A stretch of DNA of 64,000 bases from Haplodiscus bocki (GCA_965655095.1 OZ296649.1:38192001-38256000); one strand, 5' to 3'; shown: positions 1-12,764, numbered from the stretch's first letter. The notes: generated from the letters alone by a model not told the origin. Translations and numbers: made by a program.

Positions 1-399
1 TTCTTGCCGAGTCTTTCAAGCGCTAAGAAATTACATAGACAAGAAGCAGTTCTTCGCAAATACTCGCGACACATCAAAGACTTCGTGATAGAACATATCA
101 AAAAATCTTGAACGAGATCGTTACACCTAAACTAACAAAAGCTAGCAGTCTGTTGAGATTCAAATTGCTGTAAATTTCAAAATCATCAGAATATACTCTA
201 TTAGTGAGAAAAACTATCCATTTTTGCTTGATTCACGCGCAATATTCGACATCTAATCATTAGTCAAAGAGAAGACTTCCGATGCAGCAGCATACTCAAA
301 AAGTAATTCAGACGAGAGGTGCAAAAACTGGTTGAAATTCCATAGTACTAAACAAGATCAGTGATAAACAAAGAATGAAGAGACTAACTGTGGCAGACT

Positions 400-1500
400 A
401 AATATTCTCCAGGTACTAGCAATCGAAAAAAGGCTATATGAACAAGCTACATCGAAAAATGTTTCCGACGAAAAACCAAGTAAGCTCTCCTTAGGTTTGT
501 CCATTACTAGCTACAATTTTAGGCAGAAAAGTATCAGTAAAACCATCCATGCTCGTATGTGGATCTTCCAGTCAGTGATTACTTGTTTTAGCCACGAATT
601 ACCAAAATCCGACCATTAGTTTTCAAGAAAAACGCTTTCGGCGAACGACAAGTAAGCAAATCTACTTTAACTAACACCAGTTGAAATACTTTGCATTTGA
701 GGAGAAAACAGACAATCTTAGCTACTCATCAGAAGCTACCGGGAGTGGTTGGTTGAATCAGCACAAGATGGACCCAATTCAAACCCTAATGATCAATAAC
801 AAAAAAGATTTGACGAACGATTAAAAAAAACATCTGCCATTATCCACAGACATGTTACCGTATTTCAATGTAAGAGGCAGCAAGACGATCTCCACCGCTT
901 GCCAGGAGCTCTCAGAAGTGAGTAGTTCAATCAGCACTAGGAGGATCCAATCCTAAAAAGTCTTCAAGCAAAGCGTTTCTACGAAAAACGCAAGACAGAA
1001 CATCTCCTTTTTTTGAATTCGAATAAAAAATCTCAGTTTTTTTTCAGGAGCTCGCAGCAACTAAAAGTTGAATCCATATTGGATGGACCCAATCCTAACA
1101 TGAGTCAATCGAGAAAAACACTTTGGACGAACGACAAGTGAGTGAGAATAGCTTCAACTTATCATATACAGATTAAGAACTACAGCAATAAAAGTAGACA
1201 CTAGACAGCTCCGGATGCTCATCGAAAGCTGGAGTCCGCGGGTATTTAGATCAGCAATGGTAGGACTCAATCCGAACAATAGTCAAAAAAAAGATCACTT
1301 TAACAAACAACAGGGAAAACGTGATTTTTTATAATTCAAGTCAAAAAAATGTCAAAAATCTACGAAAGTTACTCCCAGCAATTCCGCAGGACCCTTAGGT
1401 GGCAAAAAAGTTGAAATAGCGCGGGATGACTGCAATTTCACAACCAATTTTAAGAAAATCACTTCTTACACAAGGTAACTAAAAATTCAGCAACTCGAAT
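400..1500. repeat. Degenerate tandem repeat, ~160-170 bp unit, ~7 copies
   Basis: A block resembling GTTGAATCAGCA..GATGGACCCAATCC...GACGAACGACAAG recurs near 590-650, 750-820, 925-985, 1067-1137, 1248-1310 and 1410-1470. Confidence 0.6.
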
Positions 1501-1733
1501 TATTGAGTAGTCTCCAGACGAAGTTTCAAAGGTATCGCTGCAGTTCATCATGTCACGTGAAAAAAAATTATCACCACGAGTCGTACTGCGCGGCAAGACA
1601 AAAATTTGCAACAAAGCTAGTGCGCATGAACAAACTCTGCAATTGTGAACTTAACAGAAAATGCAAGTTGGAGACGCACGAAAAAATCTAAAGCATCCGA
1701 TAATACACTTCGCTGCACCTGCTCTCTTATTAA

Positions 1734-2630
1734 AGTATGGATGGTAATCAGAAAGAGAGGGAGTACAATTTAATTGCCGATAGACGAAGAATAACTGGGG
1801 GATATCAAGAAAATTTTCAATTAGCGGAAAAAAATTCAGGCGTAGTGTTTTTTCGGGAAAATTCAGCACACCAACAGTAAGTTTAAGAATATACAATTTT
1901 CCATCACCCAGCATTTTGGTCTGAAGACGGAGGGCCGCCTGTCATACCGATAGCGGGCCTGAGCGCGAGTATCTTTTTTTAAACAATGGAATGTCAGAAG
2001 ATGACGATGATGGCGTATAATCGAGTTCCGGGGAAAAATACTATATCCCAAAAAGCACACCTGCAAAAGTGGCGCATATTCGAATGGCGGATAATCGATG
2101 GATAACTGGGGAGATCTTCGATCTGTTTTTAAGAAAATGATACCGGGGTATCACGGTAACTTTTCGTGTTTGCCCTTGTCCCGTTTTATGGAAAAAGGGA
2201 GGGGGTATCACGATTTTGATCGCGAAATTTACTCTCGAAGAAAGGGATACCCTTGTGTTTTGCAAAGTTTGTCTCCCAAGGAAAACCGGGAACGAAAGTA
2301 AAGTTTTGCCGGAGAGTGCGTCGGTTCGGAATACGAGTGTCTTACAAAAAACAAGCAGAGAACAGGTGAAAGTCGGGGCTATCCATCTGTCGGTCACAAA
2401 AATTCCGGTAAACCATAGAGGTGGGTGTCACAACTACGATGTCGAAAACTTTTTGTCTCACACAATGAGGGGCCCTTTGGTGTTTCTGAAAGTTTCGGGT
2501 ATCGGAAAACTTTATGCATAAGTGAGTATCAGGATTTTTTGTCAATTTTTTCTCGGAGTACCGAATGAAATTTCGTAGAAGGGACCTTTTGTTGTTTGAG
2601 TACTTGTCCGTCCTTGCTATAGACCGTACT
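1734..2630. mobile_element. Non-autonomous DNA transposon (MITE) flanked by TTAA, Kolobok-like ends
   Basis: TTAA|AGTATGG at 1730-1740 and CCGTACT|TTAA at 2624-2634. Imperfect subterminal inverted similarity: GAAAATTCAGCACACCAA ~1857 vs reverse complement GAAACTTTCAGAAACACCAA ~2477-2496. No coding capacity. Confidence 0.55.
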
Positions 2631-3297
2631 TTAACATAATGTCCTAGGGAAATAAATTAGAGGAAAAAGACAATTCTTTGCGATCTTAAAAAAAAACAAG
2701 CAAAGTGACAAGAGTCGGCATATAAGGCCGGATAAAAATAGTCACTGTAATAGTCGCTGACTAAAAAAATATAGACTTAGAATTTAGTAAAAACTCCCAT
2801 CATCTCAAACTCAGATTAATGAAAGCGTTGAAAAACTCGGGTTAAAGTTCACAATCTCCCACGAAATTGCAATGGGGTGGAGATAATGAAATAGGTTAGC
2901 TGCCGTAGTAAATCTCAAATCTATTGTGCTGTGCTCTGGGTGGTGATTATGAATTAGGTGCGTTCGTGCGGGGGGATCGCATACTTGATCCAAATTTCGC
3001 AGCATACAATGGTCTATTAATTTGTAATTCTTCGACGCTTTAGGAGGAATCAACAAATTTTGGACGCGATGAATGGTCACCAATTTGAAAAAGCGAAAAA
3101 CAAGATGAGAATTAATGAGACAAATCTGGGAATATTTGAATGATTTTAGCGATTAGCTCGTCCAGTCGCGAAGACGTTTGCGAAAAAAAAGTAAAATCTA
3201 AAAACAAATTCAAATCGGAAGTCGGCGAGGATGATTCAGTGCAATACATGTATTTTCCATGTTAGTAAACCAAACCCTCGGTGTTTTGAAAGCATAC

Positions 3298-3551
3298 CTT
3301 GATTCGTTTAATGGCATTCATTTCGAATTCATCGACACTTATGTAGACGTGAGTGCCCGGTTCTGCTCCCAGGAATTCAGGCACAACTGCTGAAGCAGCC
3401 TGAGAGACCACATGAGAGCTGAGTGAACTTGGAATATCTTCTATGTGTTCGCCATTACCAGAAACATTAACAGATACACTCGTTGCATTCGCTCCTCCTG
3501 CAGGTCTATTCGTACCACTAGAATGTCCAAAATGCAGTACCCAAAGGATTC
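3298..3551 (-). CDS. ARM-repeat/TIR-like protein, coding exon 7 (last ARM helix, low-complexity linker, start of TIR-like domain)
   Basis: Acceptor ttgttgtag|, phase 1 matches exon 6. Encodes GILWVLHFG...PGTHVYISVDEFEMNAIKRIK. Donor |gtatgc, phase 0. Confidence 0.8.
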
Positions 3552-3928
3552 CTACAACAATAAATTTCAATTTGGCAACAACCGTAAATATTATATAATA
3601 TACGTAAGAAGGTAATATACGTAAGAAGTATATACTACAGTTCCGCCTATATCGATTCCAACGAAGTTATTCATACAAATAAATCCTCAAATTTAGCATA
3701 ATACAGTGTGTTCTGCAGCAGAACTATTATATGAAAAGTAAAAATGCAAATTTAAAAAAATCGTCTTACCTAATTTAATTTAGTACACGTTATTAATTTA
3801 TCAATAACTTCTCACATTTGTGCTACCAATTGCGAGTAGTGTTCACCGTAACGTCACATTAATACATGTACCAATATATCGTGCAATTGAAATGGTATCC
3901 GAAAGAAGATATTCAAGTCTTTTCATAC

Positions 3929-4120
3929 CTTGAGCATGTTTCCGAATCAGGGGATGAACAGAAGCCACTTTGGCGTTTAGTTCGCTGATCAGATCTGGTT
4001 CACACTGCATTTGAAATTTGTTATTTGGGTGAAACGAGAGCGACCAGAGACATCGCAATACAAATATTTTGGTTCTTTCATGCCCATTCAACAGAAACTT
4101 GACCAACACAGGAAGAGCTC
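3929..4120 (-). CDS. ARM-repeat/TIR-like protein, coding exon 6
   Basis: Acceptor attctttcag|. Encodes GALPVLVKFLLNGHERTKIFVLRCLWSLSFHPNNK..., a classic armadillo repeat. Donor |gtatga. Phases 1/1. Confidence 0.88.
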
Positions 4121-4154
4121 CTGAAAGAATCAATATCAAAATTTGAAACAATTA

Positions 4155-4614
4155 CAGTCATTCCTCGATTTAGCGCCCAGCGTTTCCCCACTAACTTCGA
4201 ATATCCGCCCTCTTTCACGAAAAACCGATTTTGTGAAATGTTTAATTACCGCCAACTCGCTTTTCCCCCACCGTATGTGATTTAGTGCTTTTGAACAATG
4301 CTTAAGCTCACTAGAAACTCAAAGTTAACACCATATTTCTTCCACAGTAGCACGAAAAGTTGCAATTTTGAAAAAAACCAAATCGATTACTTTTAAACTG
4401 GACTATTGGGTTTTTCAACTCAAACAGATGTTAAAAGTGATAAGTGCCAGTGGTTACATTCAGATTTTTAGTCACATCCACAATGTTCTCAAAAACTAGT
4501 TAATTGGTCAAAAATGGATGGAATTCGATTACTCTTTCCCTTTCTTTTCCGCGAAATTTGCATTCCCACTAAATAACTTACAACAAATTGTGGCGGGAAA
4601 TCGAGGTACTACTG
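4155..4614. mobile_element. Tc1/mariner-pogo-type MITE in intron 5
   Basis: TA target duplication on both sides. TIR CAGTCATTCCTCGATTTAGCGCC vs reverse complement CAGTAGTACCTCGATTTCCCGCC. Confidence 0.8.
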
Positions 4615-4655
4615 TACAAATTTGATCAATCGTTATCAAAGCTTTTGAGACCGAC

Positions 4656-4764
4656 CTGCATTAACTAATTTTTCCTTGTTGGCCTCCGAAGTTGACAGCT
4701 TGAACAATGCCTGTAAGAGCTCAGACACGTCCCACTCAACATTTGTCTGAGCACCGTCGAATAG
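4656..4764 (-). CDS. ARM-repeat/TIR-like protein, coding exon 5 (missed by ORF track)
   Basis: Acceptor ttttcttcag|. Encodes LFDGAQTNVEWDVSELLQALFKLSTSEANKEKLVNAG. Donor |gtcggt. Phases 0/1 join exon 4 to exon 6 (..EKLVNAG|ALPVLVK). Confidence 0.85.
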
Positions 4765-6839
4765 CTGAAGAAAATCATCAATTTCATATCGCAACTCAAC
4801 CAACATATTGTGTCACAAGAAAGCGGGAATATTTTTATCCTGAAATGAAAAGAAATGGGACAGAAACGAAAAACAGAAGCATCAAGGATGCTAGGCGCCA
4901 CAATTTTTGAGAACTTAATAAAGTGAAAATTGGAATTAGCGAATTCTCTCAGCGGATTTGAGAAAAAATATGAATCGGGCGAATTCAGCAAAAATTCCCA
5001 TTGCATCGAGCATTCAAAGCGTCGGCATTCGGAGCGTTTTGAAATTTGATTTTTTTTAACGCTTTGAATAGTTTGCAATCTTTCGACGCTTTGAGAATCG
5101 ACAATTTTTCGACCCGGCCACCAATTTGGAAACCAAGATGCGAATTAGACAAACTTCTCCATAATTGAATCAACTACTTGTAGTTGATTAATGTACTAGA
5201 AAACGTGGAGTAAACAGCAAACAGTGGTTCCCGTTCTAGCTTGGGGGAACGAAAGGGTACGAATAAAAACGAATGGAAGTAAATAGGATTTGTGCTTCAC
5301 TCTATTGATCAGCCGGGATTAATGTCAAACATAGTGCCTGACAATGAAATTTACAAACTCTTGAGTAAATATTTTGGGCCCACAATGACTTGGAGAGCCT
5401 TTCAAAATTTTGAATTTCTTTAAGAGAAAAACTTATCTCTATTGGCAGCAAGCCGTATCGGATTAATTTATCACGCCAGAATACGACAAAAACTTACAGA
5501 GGCGAAGCTGTGCTTCGCAATACTTGCGCCAAGGAAATACTAGTGATCAAACTGAACGAGCAAAACTATTTTAAAGGGGCCACGGAGCTACAAAAGCTAG
5601 TGATTAAACAAATTTATTTAACTCAGTTAATTTTATACAAGTGTATACGACCGGCTATATAAAAATATTTAGAACGCTATAATATTTCATTCGCTTCAAA
5701 TTTTAAATTGAAAACTTATTCTCAAGCGACCATGACACAGTGGCAGAGTCCATTGACATTGACATCCCGAATTTTGAGGACACTGTTGTTCATTTGTTGC
5801 AGCACGCTTTTCCAAAAAAAATTTCGAAAAAAATAATGCCCAACCTTGAAACGACCGTTGATCTAGCGGGTAGGACAAAGACTTTTAATCTATGGATGAA
5901 GGGTTCAAGGAAGAGTAAATTCATTTTTTTTCCAGGAGACTTCAGTTTGTTTCCGCACCATACCGCTCGTTCCCGTAATAGCCCCTCCACAAATTCCATT
6001 AACTCCGAAAAGCAAATACCTCTTTTTCTTTTGAGTTTCCAAGATAGTGCATAAAGTTCCAAAAAGTTTCTCGACGAAATTGATTGGGGAAGACAAGAAT
6101 TGTTTGCTTCGTTCACTAATTAATGAGTATCAAGACACCTCAGAGTTCAATTGACCTAAGAAATGCTACGTCGGCCCAAAGAGAATTTCAACGTGAGTTT
6201 ACAGTGCGGTTCACAGGCATTCCAGTAAAATTACCTGGAAGTTAAATGGAGAAATCAGAAAAAAGCGGCTTTTTGCAAACTACTTTTCATTTAATCGTAT
6301 AAGGTCTCAAGTCACAATCGATTTTTTTGCAAGAACAAACACACCAAACCTCAATTATTGTGAGGTTTTACAAACGATCCAAGAATTTCCACGTACCTTT
6401 TGATATAGAAAGTGAGAAAATATGCAATTTCAGGACAATTTTTCTGTTTCCAAAACAATTTAATCGACTACAAAATGTTCGTGCTATCTGTTTAGCTCGA
6501 CTAATTTCAGGAAAAACCATTGGAACCCAATATTGGTTCATATCGCTGTATTGATATCGGTTACGAAAACACGGAAAATCAGTATACGAAGTACCGATTT
6601 ACACGAGAATTGTAGACTATTCGTTGTATACCGCGATGAATTGAAAAGGAAGGATATGAAACAACAATGCCACCCTGAATTGGAAAGTGGAATGAAATTC
6701 TGAGCTGTGATTGGCTCGCGTTCTCGCAAGTTGTTTCCGATCTAGTTATTACCACTAATATAAACAATAAAAGTACGCATTGATCCACTGAAGAACCATT
6801 TTTGTCGTCCCACTTACTTCTTCGTTAGTGAACAATTTC

Positions 6840-8330
6840 CCATGCCTAAAATAGATGATGCTGAGCTGTTTGGAATACCACAGGATTAAAAACCGTGAAC
6901 CAAAAGCAAAGTCAGCAAAGATTCCTGCAGTGACGCAAAGGATTCAGAGGGCAATTTAAAGAAGCATAACGCGAGGTAAAACCCATTGACTCCAAAACGA
7001 CGGAGAAAAGGGAATATTGAATAAAAGAGTTAAAGAAGCAAAGACTCTTCCTCGATTTAGAGACAACGGTCAATTCAATTCAATAGCCAAACGGCCACAA
7101 GCGGCACTTGCAATCGCCCATGAACTTTGAAGAAAAGATGGATTACAAAAAAAAATCGAGAGAAACTTGTTTCGCAACTTTTCATCTACTCAACACTCTT
7201 TAATCAAGCACAAATATTATCGTGAAAATCTCAAAATTATTGATAATGAAGATCAGCGTTTCAATCAATTGAAATTGAAAAAATCAAAACTCTGCCCAAA
7301 TGCGGTAATAGACAAGGGATTGTTGGACAGCTCAAAACGAGGAGACATACTTGGGCTTCAGTGGACATTTGCTAGAATCAAATAAAACCTTCACAGGAGC
7401 ATGTTTATTTCTAATTGATGTGGAGCCGTTTCATGCTGCCGAAGAAATTCGGGAAGCTTGTGAAAATGAGTTTTCGACAAGAAAGATCTCGCCTTTCAAA
7501 TCATCTCGGATAACGTTGCCAGCATCAAACTAGCGTTTGCAACTTCATTGTTTTGCAACCATGAGCTCGCAGTCAATCAGGAAGATGACGGAGAAATTTT
7601 TCTAACAGAAAACCAATATCATGAAGTGAAGAGTAAAAGTGTTCATGTTTTCATACTTCCCAATTGATTGTGAGGATGACTAGAAGAAACTTGAGCCTAC
7701 ACATCACTCCACCTTGGAAAAAATGTCATAGCATGGTCTGGCTGTCGAACCGATCAGGTCATTTCAACTAAAACTTCACTATCCATTCTGCAAAACCGCA
7801 AGAAACCCGTTGGAATTCGAAGCTTGCGATGGTTGCTTTCCTCAAAGTTTCCTGAAACGATGACATTAATAAAACCCATGAAAGCTACGATAAAAATGAA
7901 CAGAGATCTGTTCCTTCCAAAATGTCACAATTGGAGGAACTGGCTGGAACTTCGTTGATTTCTTCAGAAAAGCAGCAGACACTTTACAAGTCGACAAAAA
8001 GCCAACCATAACGAAGGTCGTCCGTACAATTCAATAATTGGGAAGCGCAGTGTGAAGTTGCAACACTGTGCATGCAAGTATATATGCAACATATGAATAA
8101 CTTTAAAGACAGCTTCTGATTTCTGAAAAGCGACTATTTGAAGAATATTGTTGCAACTTAGGAACCAGCCGAAAAACCTGATCTGACTGAAGATGCTGAG
8201 GACCCCACAAAGCTTTTTCGTCAAACACTCCGAAGTATATCCTCTCGACTCGGTTTTCAATGCACTTGAATCTTGTATAAACAAGACAAAAGGACCAAAT
8301 TGCGAGCCATGGGCGGTATCATAGACGATC
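6840..8330 (+). mobile_element. Highly decayed CR1-type LINE fragment (ORF1 end and endonuclease)
   Basis: LKIIDNEDQRFNQLKLKKSKL resembles the ORF1 C-terminus of the LINE at 38553. Only faint endonuclease traces follow. Confidence 0.35.
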
Positions 8331-9457
8331 CCAGTGTCATTGATTACTTTATTGTTTGGAAAGAGCAGTACAGAAAAAGTAACTTATCGGCGTTTCTCTA
8401 AAGTGCCGCTTTTTACATATGAAAATTTCAATTTTGTTTTGATTTTTTGATGGAATACCGCAAACAATAACTTTCAAAGCACTGTGTGCTGTTGTCTTTT
8501 GTTCTTGTTCAAACTGTTAGTAAACATTTACGCAAAATATCGCACTGTCACTGTCTGTTGTTCAATGTTTAGGTTAAACGACAACTATCTGATTGAATCA
8601 CGAAAAGTGAGATTTGGACAGGAGAAAGTAGGCCCACGCCGTCATAATGTACATTCTTTTCAGTCAGAATGTTTTGATGAAAAGCAGGAGTATCTATGAG
8701 AAGGAAACAAGCAAATTCTCAAAACAGTCCCTGTTCTAAACGAGAGAAAATGAATAACCATCCATGCTCTCACATCACATCAGGTAGTTAGTTACGTGGA
8801 GCAATGATAATTGATGATAAGACTAGATGAGGAAGGATTGATCAACAAACACTCTGCACATACTTATTTTTCATCAGTAGACCCTGAAAGACCATCAATT
8901 GTGTAAAGCATTAAAAACAAAATATCAGCTCAAAAACGTACAAGGCCCAGCTGTCAGATCATCATTCCATCAAATGCAAAATTCACGCTAAAATAATAAA
9001 TTATGGCAATATCGGTTGAAGGTAATTGGGGTCACAACTGTATGCTAACATAATAATTGATATCCTTTTATAACTGCCATTTTATCAATTTTGCTTTTAA
9101 TAAATAATGAGATTGATAAAATGAATCACGTTAAGTTGTAGTAAGAAAAAGACAGATTTCTCATCGAAAACTTAATGAACCTAATAGTTGTATGTGGAAA
9201 TATGAAGTTCATTTGAAAAACAGTGATCCTCAATAAAGACCAAATTTAGATCTTATAAAACAGGGCCCACAGGTGGCGATTATTTCAACTAACTAATGAT
9301 TTGATACTAATGATCATTGTACAAAATTTTATTGAAAATTGAACAAGATAACATTTTGAATCATTTTTGAAAGCATTTAAAATTAACTATTTAGAATGTA
9401 GGTTTATTTAGGACTACCCAATTTAACTAACAAATCTTTTGGAAAAAAAATCCTCAC

Positions 9458-9700
9458 ATTTTGTAGCTCATTGACGACAACCTCGAGTGCTCCAGCTTCG
9501 GCGACCTTATTGCAAGTTTCTTCCGTCATGACCAGATGCAGAACAGTCAGAGTAGCAATGGATTGTGCAGTAAAAGAGGGAGACCGAATGGCAGTGATAA
9601 GTCGAGTGCTCAGTCCCAAGGAATTCAAAGTCATCACATTTTCCGGCTGAGAAGACAGATTGTACAGAATAGCCAGTTGGTTCGTCAATTCCGAGTTGTT
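9458..9700 (-). CDS. ARM-repeat/TIR-like protein, coding exon 4
   Basis: Acceptor tttttttcag|. Encodes NNSELTNQLAILYNLSSQPEN...KVAEAGALEVVVNELQN. Donor |gtgagg. 243 bp, phases 0/0. Confidence 0.85.
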
Positions 9701-9779
9701 CTGAAAAAAAATCAAACGTTTTTGCCAATTGAGGAAGATCCATACGTATTTTATGAGAGATTGTGCTATGGTTACGCAC

Positions 9780-9871
9780 TGGTTTATCACATTCAATGTA
9801 AGGGGTCTTCTTTCTGTTTTCCAGTTCAATACACTCCAGAATTATGTCTGGTAAATTGTGACGCAGTGATA
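9780..9871 (-). CDS. ARM-repeat/TIR-like protein, coding exon 3
   Basis: Acceptor ttgtttcag|, phase 1. Encodes ISLRHNLPDIILECIELENRKKTPYIECDKP. Donor |gtgcgt, phase 0, followed by a 79-bp intron. Confidence 0.75.
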
Positions 9872-10223
9872 CTGAAACAAAAGTTTAGGTCGAAATAGAA
9901 GTTTTGAACTGGAAGATACGATTCTACTAAATCTGAAGCAGAGCAAATCAGACTATATTATATTAAGCATGAAACCGAGGAACGAAAGATATTACAGGAA
10001 CAACAATTTTAATCAAAAACCTGAATGACAACAATGTAACCGATTTTTGTCGGTCCCAGACGTCTGCATAAAAAGAATTCATCTTACAATGAACTGTTGA
10101 CAAAACATTTGGCAAATTATCGATCTATTCTTCGATCGATCTATTATTCGTTCTAAATCAAAAGTAGCTTTATAAATAATGAAAATGTTCGGTTGTTGAA
10201 CTCCGGAGTAACATTGGTCTAAC

Positions 10224-10416
10224 TTTTAGCGAAGTGTGTGTGTGTGGTGAGGGACCATAAACATCTATGTAGGTGGGCACTCAGATTATTCAACGACTGT
10301 AACTGAGGAGATGAAGAAGATCTGGCATCTCTCAAGTACTGCAGGGTCCTCTGCAAACTCGTAATCAACGTCACCAACCCCTTCTTCTCCCAAATCTTCT
10401 CAACAACAACCGGATC
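10224..10416 (-). CDS. ARM-repeat/TIR-like protein, coding exon 2
   Basis: Acceptor ttttgttcag|. Encodes DPVVVEKIWEKKGLVTLI...LHRCLWSLTTHTHFAK. Donor |gttaga. Phases 0/1. Confidence 0.82.
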
Positions 10417-10449
10417 CTGAACAAAATTGGTTTGAACTGTCATCTACAT

Positions 10450-11450
10450 GTAGAGACCTGGGTGTTGAAGAGCAGTAAAAGCAATAACTGCCGATTTTAT
10501 TTCAATACAAGCCGAAGCTAGTACTTTTGCCAGCGGCCACCAAATCTCAGAATGGCGACTGTTTCTGTGTAGACAAACATAGTTCTACGCACAGCTGACT
10601 TTCGCTCACTAATATTGACAACTTAAATCAGAGATTGAACATTTGGACACCGAGGCGAAGCGGAACTTCGCAACATATTCTGACTTGCTTGTCAGTTGAG
10701 ATCAAACATCCCGAAAGACAATTGAAACGACGATCGAAGATATGATTGACACTTTTAGAAAAACACCAGCCGTCAATCAAGAGTTTGATTGAAAAATTCA
10801 AATTGAGACAAGTACCTGACACAGGGTATCATACTCGGAATTTTGATACGTCAATCATGTCTTTCCAGGTTACGCCATTTTTCTGCCCAATTGTGAAGAA
10901 GTTGCTACAGTAAACAATGCAAAAATGGAAAAGTACCTGCCAAAAAGAGGCCGTTTTTGACCGTTTACATTAGATGACTAGATTCTAATGAAATCAAAAA
11001 AATGGAAGTTTTGGACAGGATTAAAAAACTAAGCCCAAGGCGGTTTCCAATCCTCATTCTTCCTTTTAGTCAGAATGTTAAAAAAATTATTCCCTCAAGA
11101 TTTTGCAAATTTAGTAAAAACTTCCTAAATTTGATGCAGCTAAATTGCAAACTGAAAGCAGTTCTACCTTATGTCTAGTACTCAGTTTGCATTCGAAACA
11201 GGCAACAGAACAAAATAATTGGAAGAAACAGTTCGAAAACTACGTGATACTCTAACTCATATTGCGAACTCTTAGTAAAATTCACAGTTCAATTTTTCAT
11301 TCAAGAAACGTTAGAAATTCGTCAATATTCCTTCATTTTCCTTGCATGCAAGATTCAAAACTCATTCAATCTAAGTTGACCAAAATTAATTTTATACTCG
11401 TATTACTTGGAAAATCCGGATAAAAGCATTTTGCGACTGGTAACATTATC
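10450..11450 (+). mobile_element. Decayed LINE reverse-transcriptase fragment in intron 1
   Basis: Degenerate SGVPQG.ILG...YVND-like trace at ~10807-10860; many stops. Confidence 0.35.
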
Positions 11451-11555
11451 ACATGAAACAAATAAATATCACAGAACACTGTGATCTTTATGAAGTGGCT
11501 TTCAAGCAGTCTTTAAATGTGTTAAAAGCTCTGACTAAACACTTTCACTTCAAAC

Positions 11556-11798
11556 CTCTAAGTTGATTGCAAGTGCCCTGGCAGCATTCTGGGTGTCCTG
11601 TTGTTGCAAAAGGTGTTTGTTTGTAGCATTAGACAAAACGGAGAGAGCTGCAATAACAACATCTTGCTTCTCTTTCTTTTCCTTCATATCCATCGACTTT
11701 GATCCCGACGATATTGAGCTCATCACTGACAAACTATTAGCAACACTCTGCTGCCCTCCTTTGCTCGGCGCACCTGTGAGCTTCTTTCCTTGAATCAT
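11556..11798 (-). CDS. ARM-repeat/TIR-like protein, coding exon 1
   Basis: aaaatATG start. Encodes MIQGKK...AARALAINLE (81 codons). Donor |gtttga, phase 0, matches exon 2. Confidence 0.8.
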
Positions 11799-11937
11799 AT
11801 TTTAATTTTTCAGTTGCAAGTTAGAACAACAAAGTCGAGAAGAAGCTTTCGGTAACAGCCAGTCGACAAAGATTTTTTAGCTCTTCAGAACTCAAGCAGC
11901 CATGGCAAAATCTGATGTATGATTGTCATGAAACTAT

Positions 11938-11979
11938 CTGAAAGTATAAAGGCAGCACCTCACACATCAGTTCACTTAC
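11938..11979 (-). other. 42-bp 5'UTR intron of the ARM gene
   Basis: Consensus GTAAGT donor at 11979 and ctttatactttcag acceptor at 11938, 140 bp upstream of the ATG. Confidence 0.55.
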
Positions 11980-12143
11980 GTTTCAACAAGCATCTTTCTC
12001 GTCTTCAAAAATTTCTTTACCTATACTCAAGTCCTTGAAAACTATAACGTATCAGTAAAACTCAATTCTTCAGTTTCAATCTTCATAATAATAAAAACAA
12101 TTTAGTAATTAAGGTAAAAGTGTACATTTTAATAGCCAAACGG

Positions 12144-12484
12144 TCAAAAACCATTCTCTACCAAATAATCACGAATACAATATCTGTAGTGTCCTAGGAA
12201 ATGAACTTTGCCACAGATTTCTAACACCTGAGATTCGACAGATTCCAAGTCATGGTTAGCGAGAATGACTTCAGTCAATTCATTCCTCAGTTCCCATATG
12301 TCTCCAGTTATGTTATCCACGACTGTAATGTTGTACAGGTTGTAAATATCGGGGGTGCGTCGGTCTAACCAATAACTGCGCTGCACTTCGTACACAGGTA
12401 CATTCTGATTGGTATTTCGTCTTATGTTATAGGGTTTTGTGACGTGTAAACCCCCGGCATTATTTTTGAATGCTTCTGGAGATA
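12144..12484 (-). CDS. MRPL49: Mitochondrial ribosomal protein L49 (mL49), exon 2
   Basis: PYNIRRNTNQNVPVY...TVVDNITGDIWELRNEL...QVLEICGKVHFLGHY...YLVENGF* matches the mL49/Img2 pattern PY.VRR...N.PVY...GDIW.L...GF. Acceptor ttgtttcag| at phase 1; ATTAAA just after the stop. Confidence 0.92.
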
Positions 12485-12764
12485 CTGAAACAATTGAGTT
12501 TGCTCTATTTCTTGACAGCATAAACTAATATCTTGCTAATTAAAACATAATTTACTTGAGTTCCAAATGAGTTTAAATATGCAGCGAAAATGCACAATGG
12601 TTCTAATGGTCCTCCTAGGTAAAATGTAATTTTACCTGCAAAACCAAAAACTGAAAACAGTCGAACTAGATTGTAAAACATACGGCTTCTACGTACACAT
12701 CGATTAATTGACATACAGAAGTGATTTCAATTAGTGAACGTCTGAGCAAAAATTAGACAACCTT

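Noticed and set aside
7964-8890. Extra ARM-gene exons (SALKTESRGYTSE...; micro-exon GLLMKN)
   Set aside because: Exon 4 joins the 4764 exon in phase and gives a better ARM continuation. These candidates have poor acceptors or hit stops.
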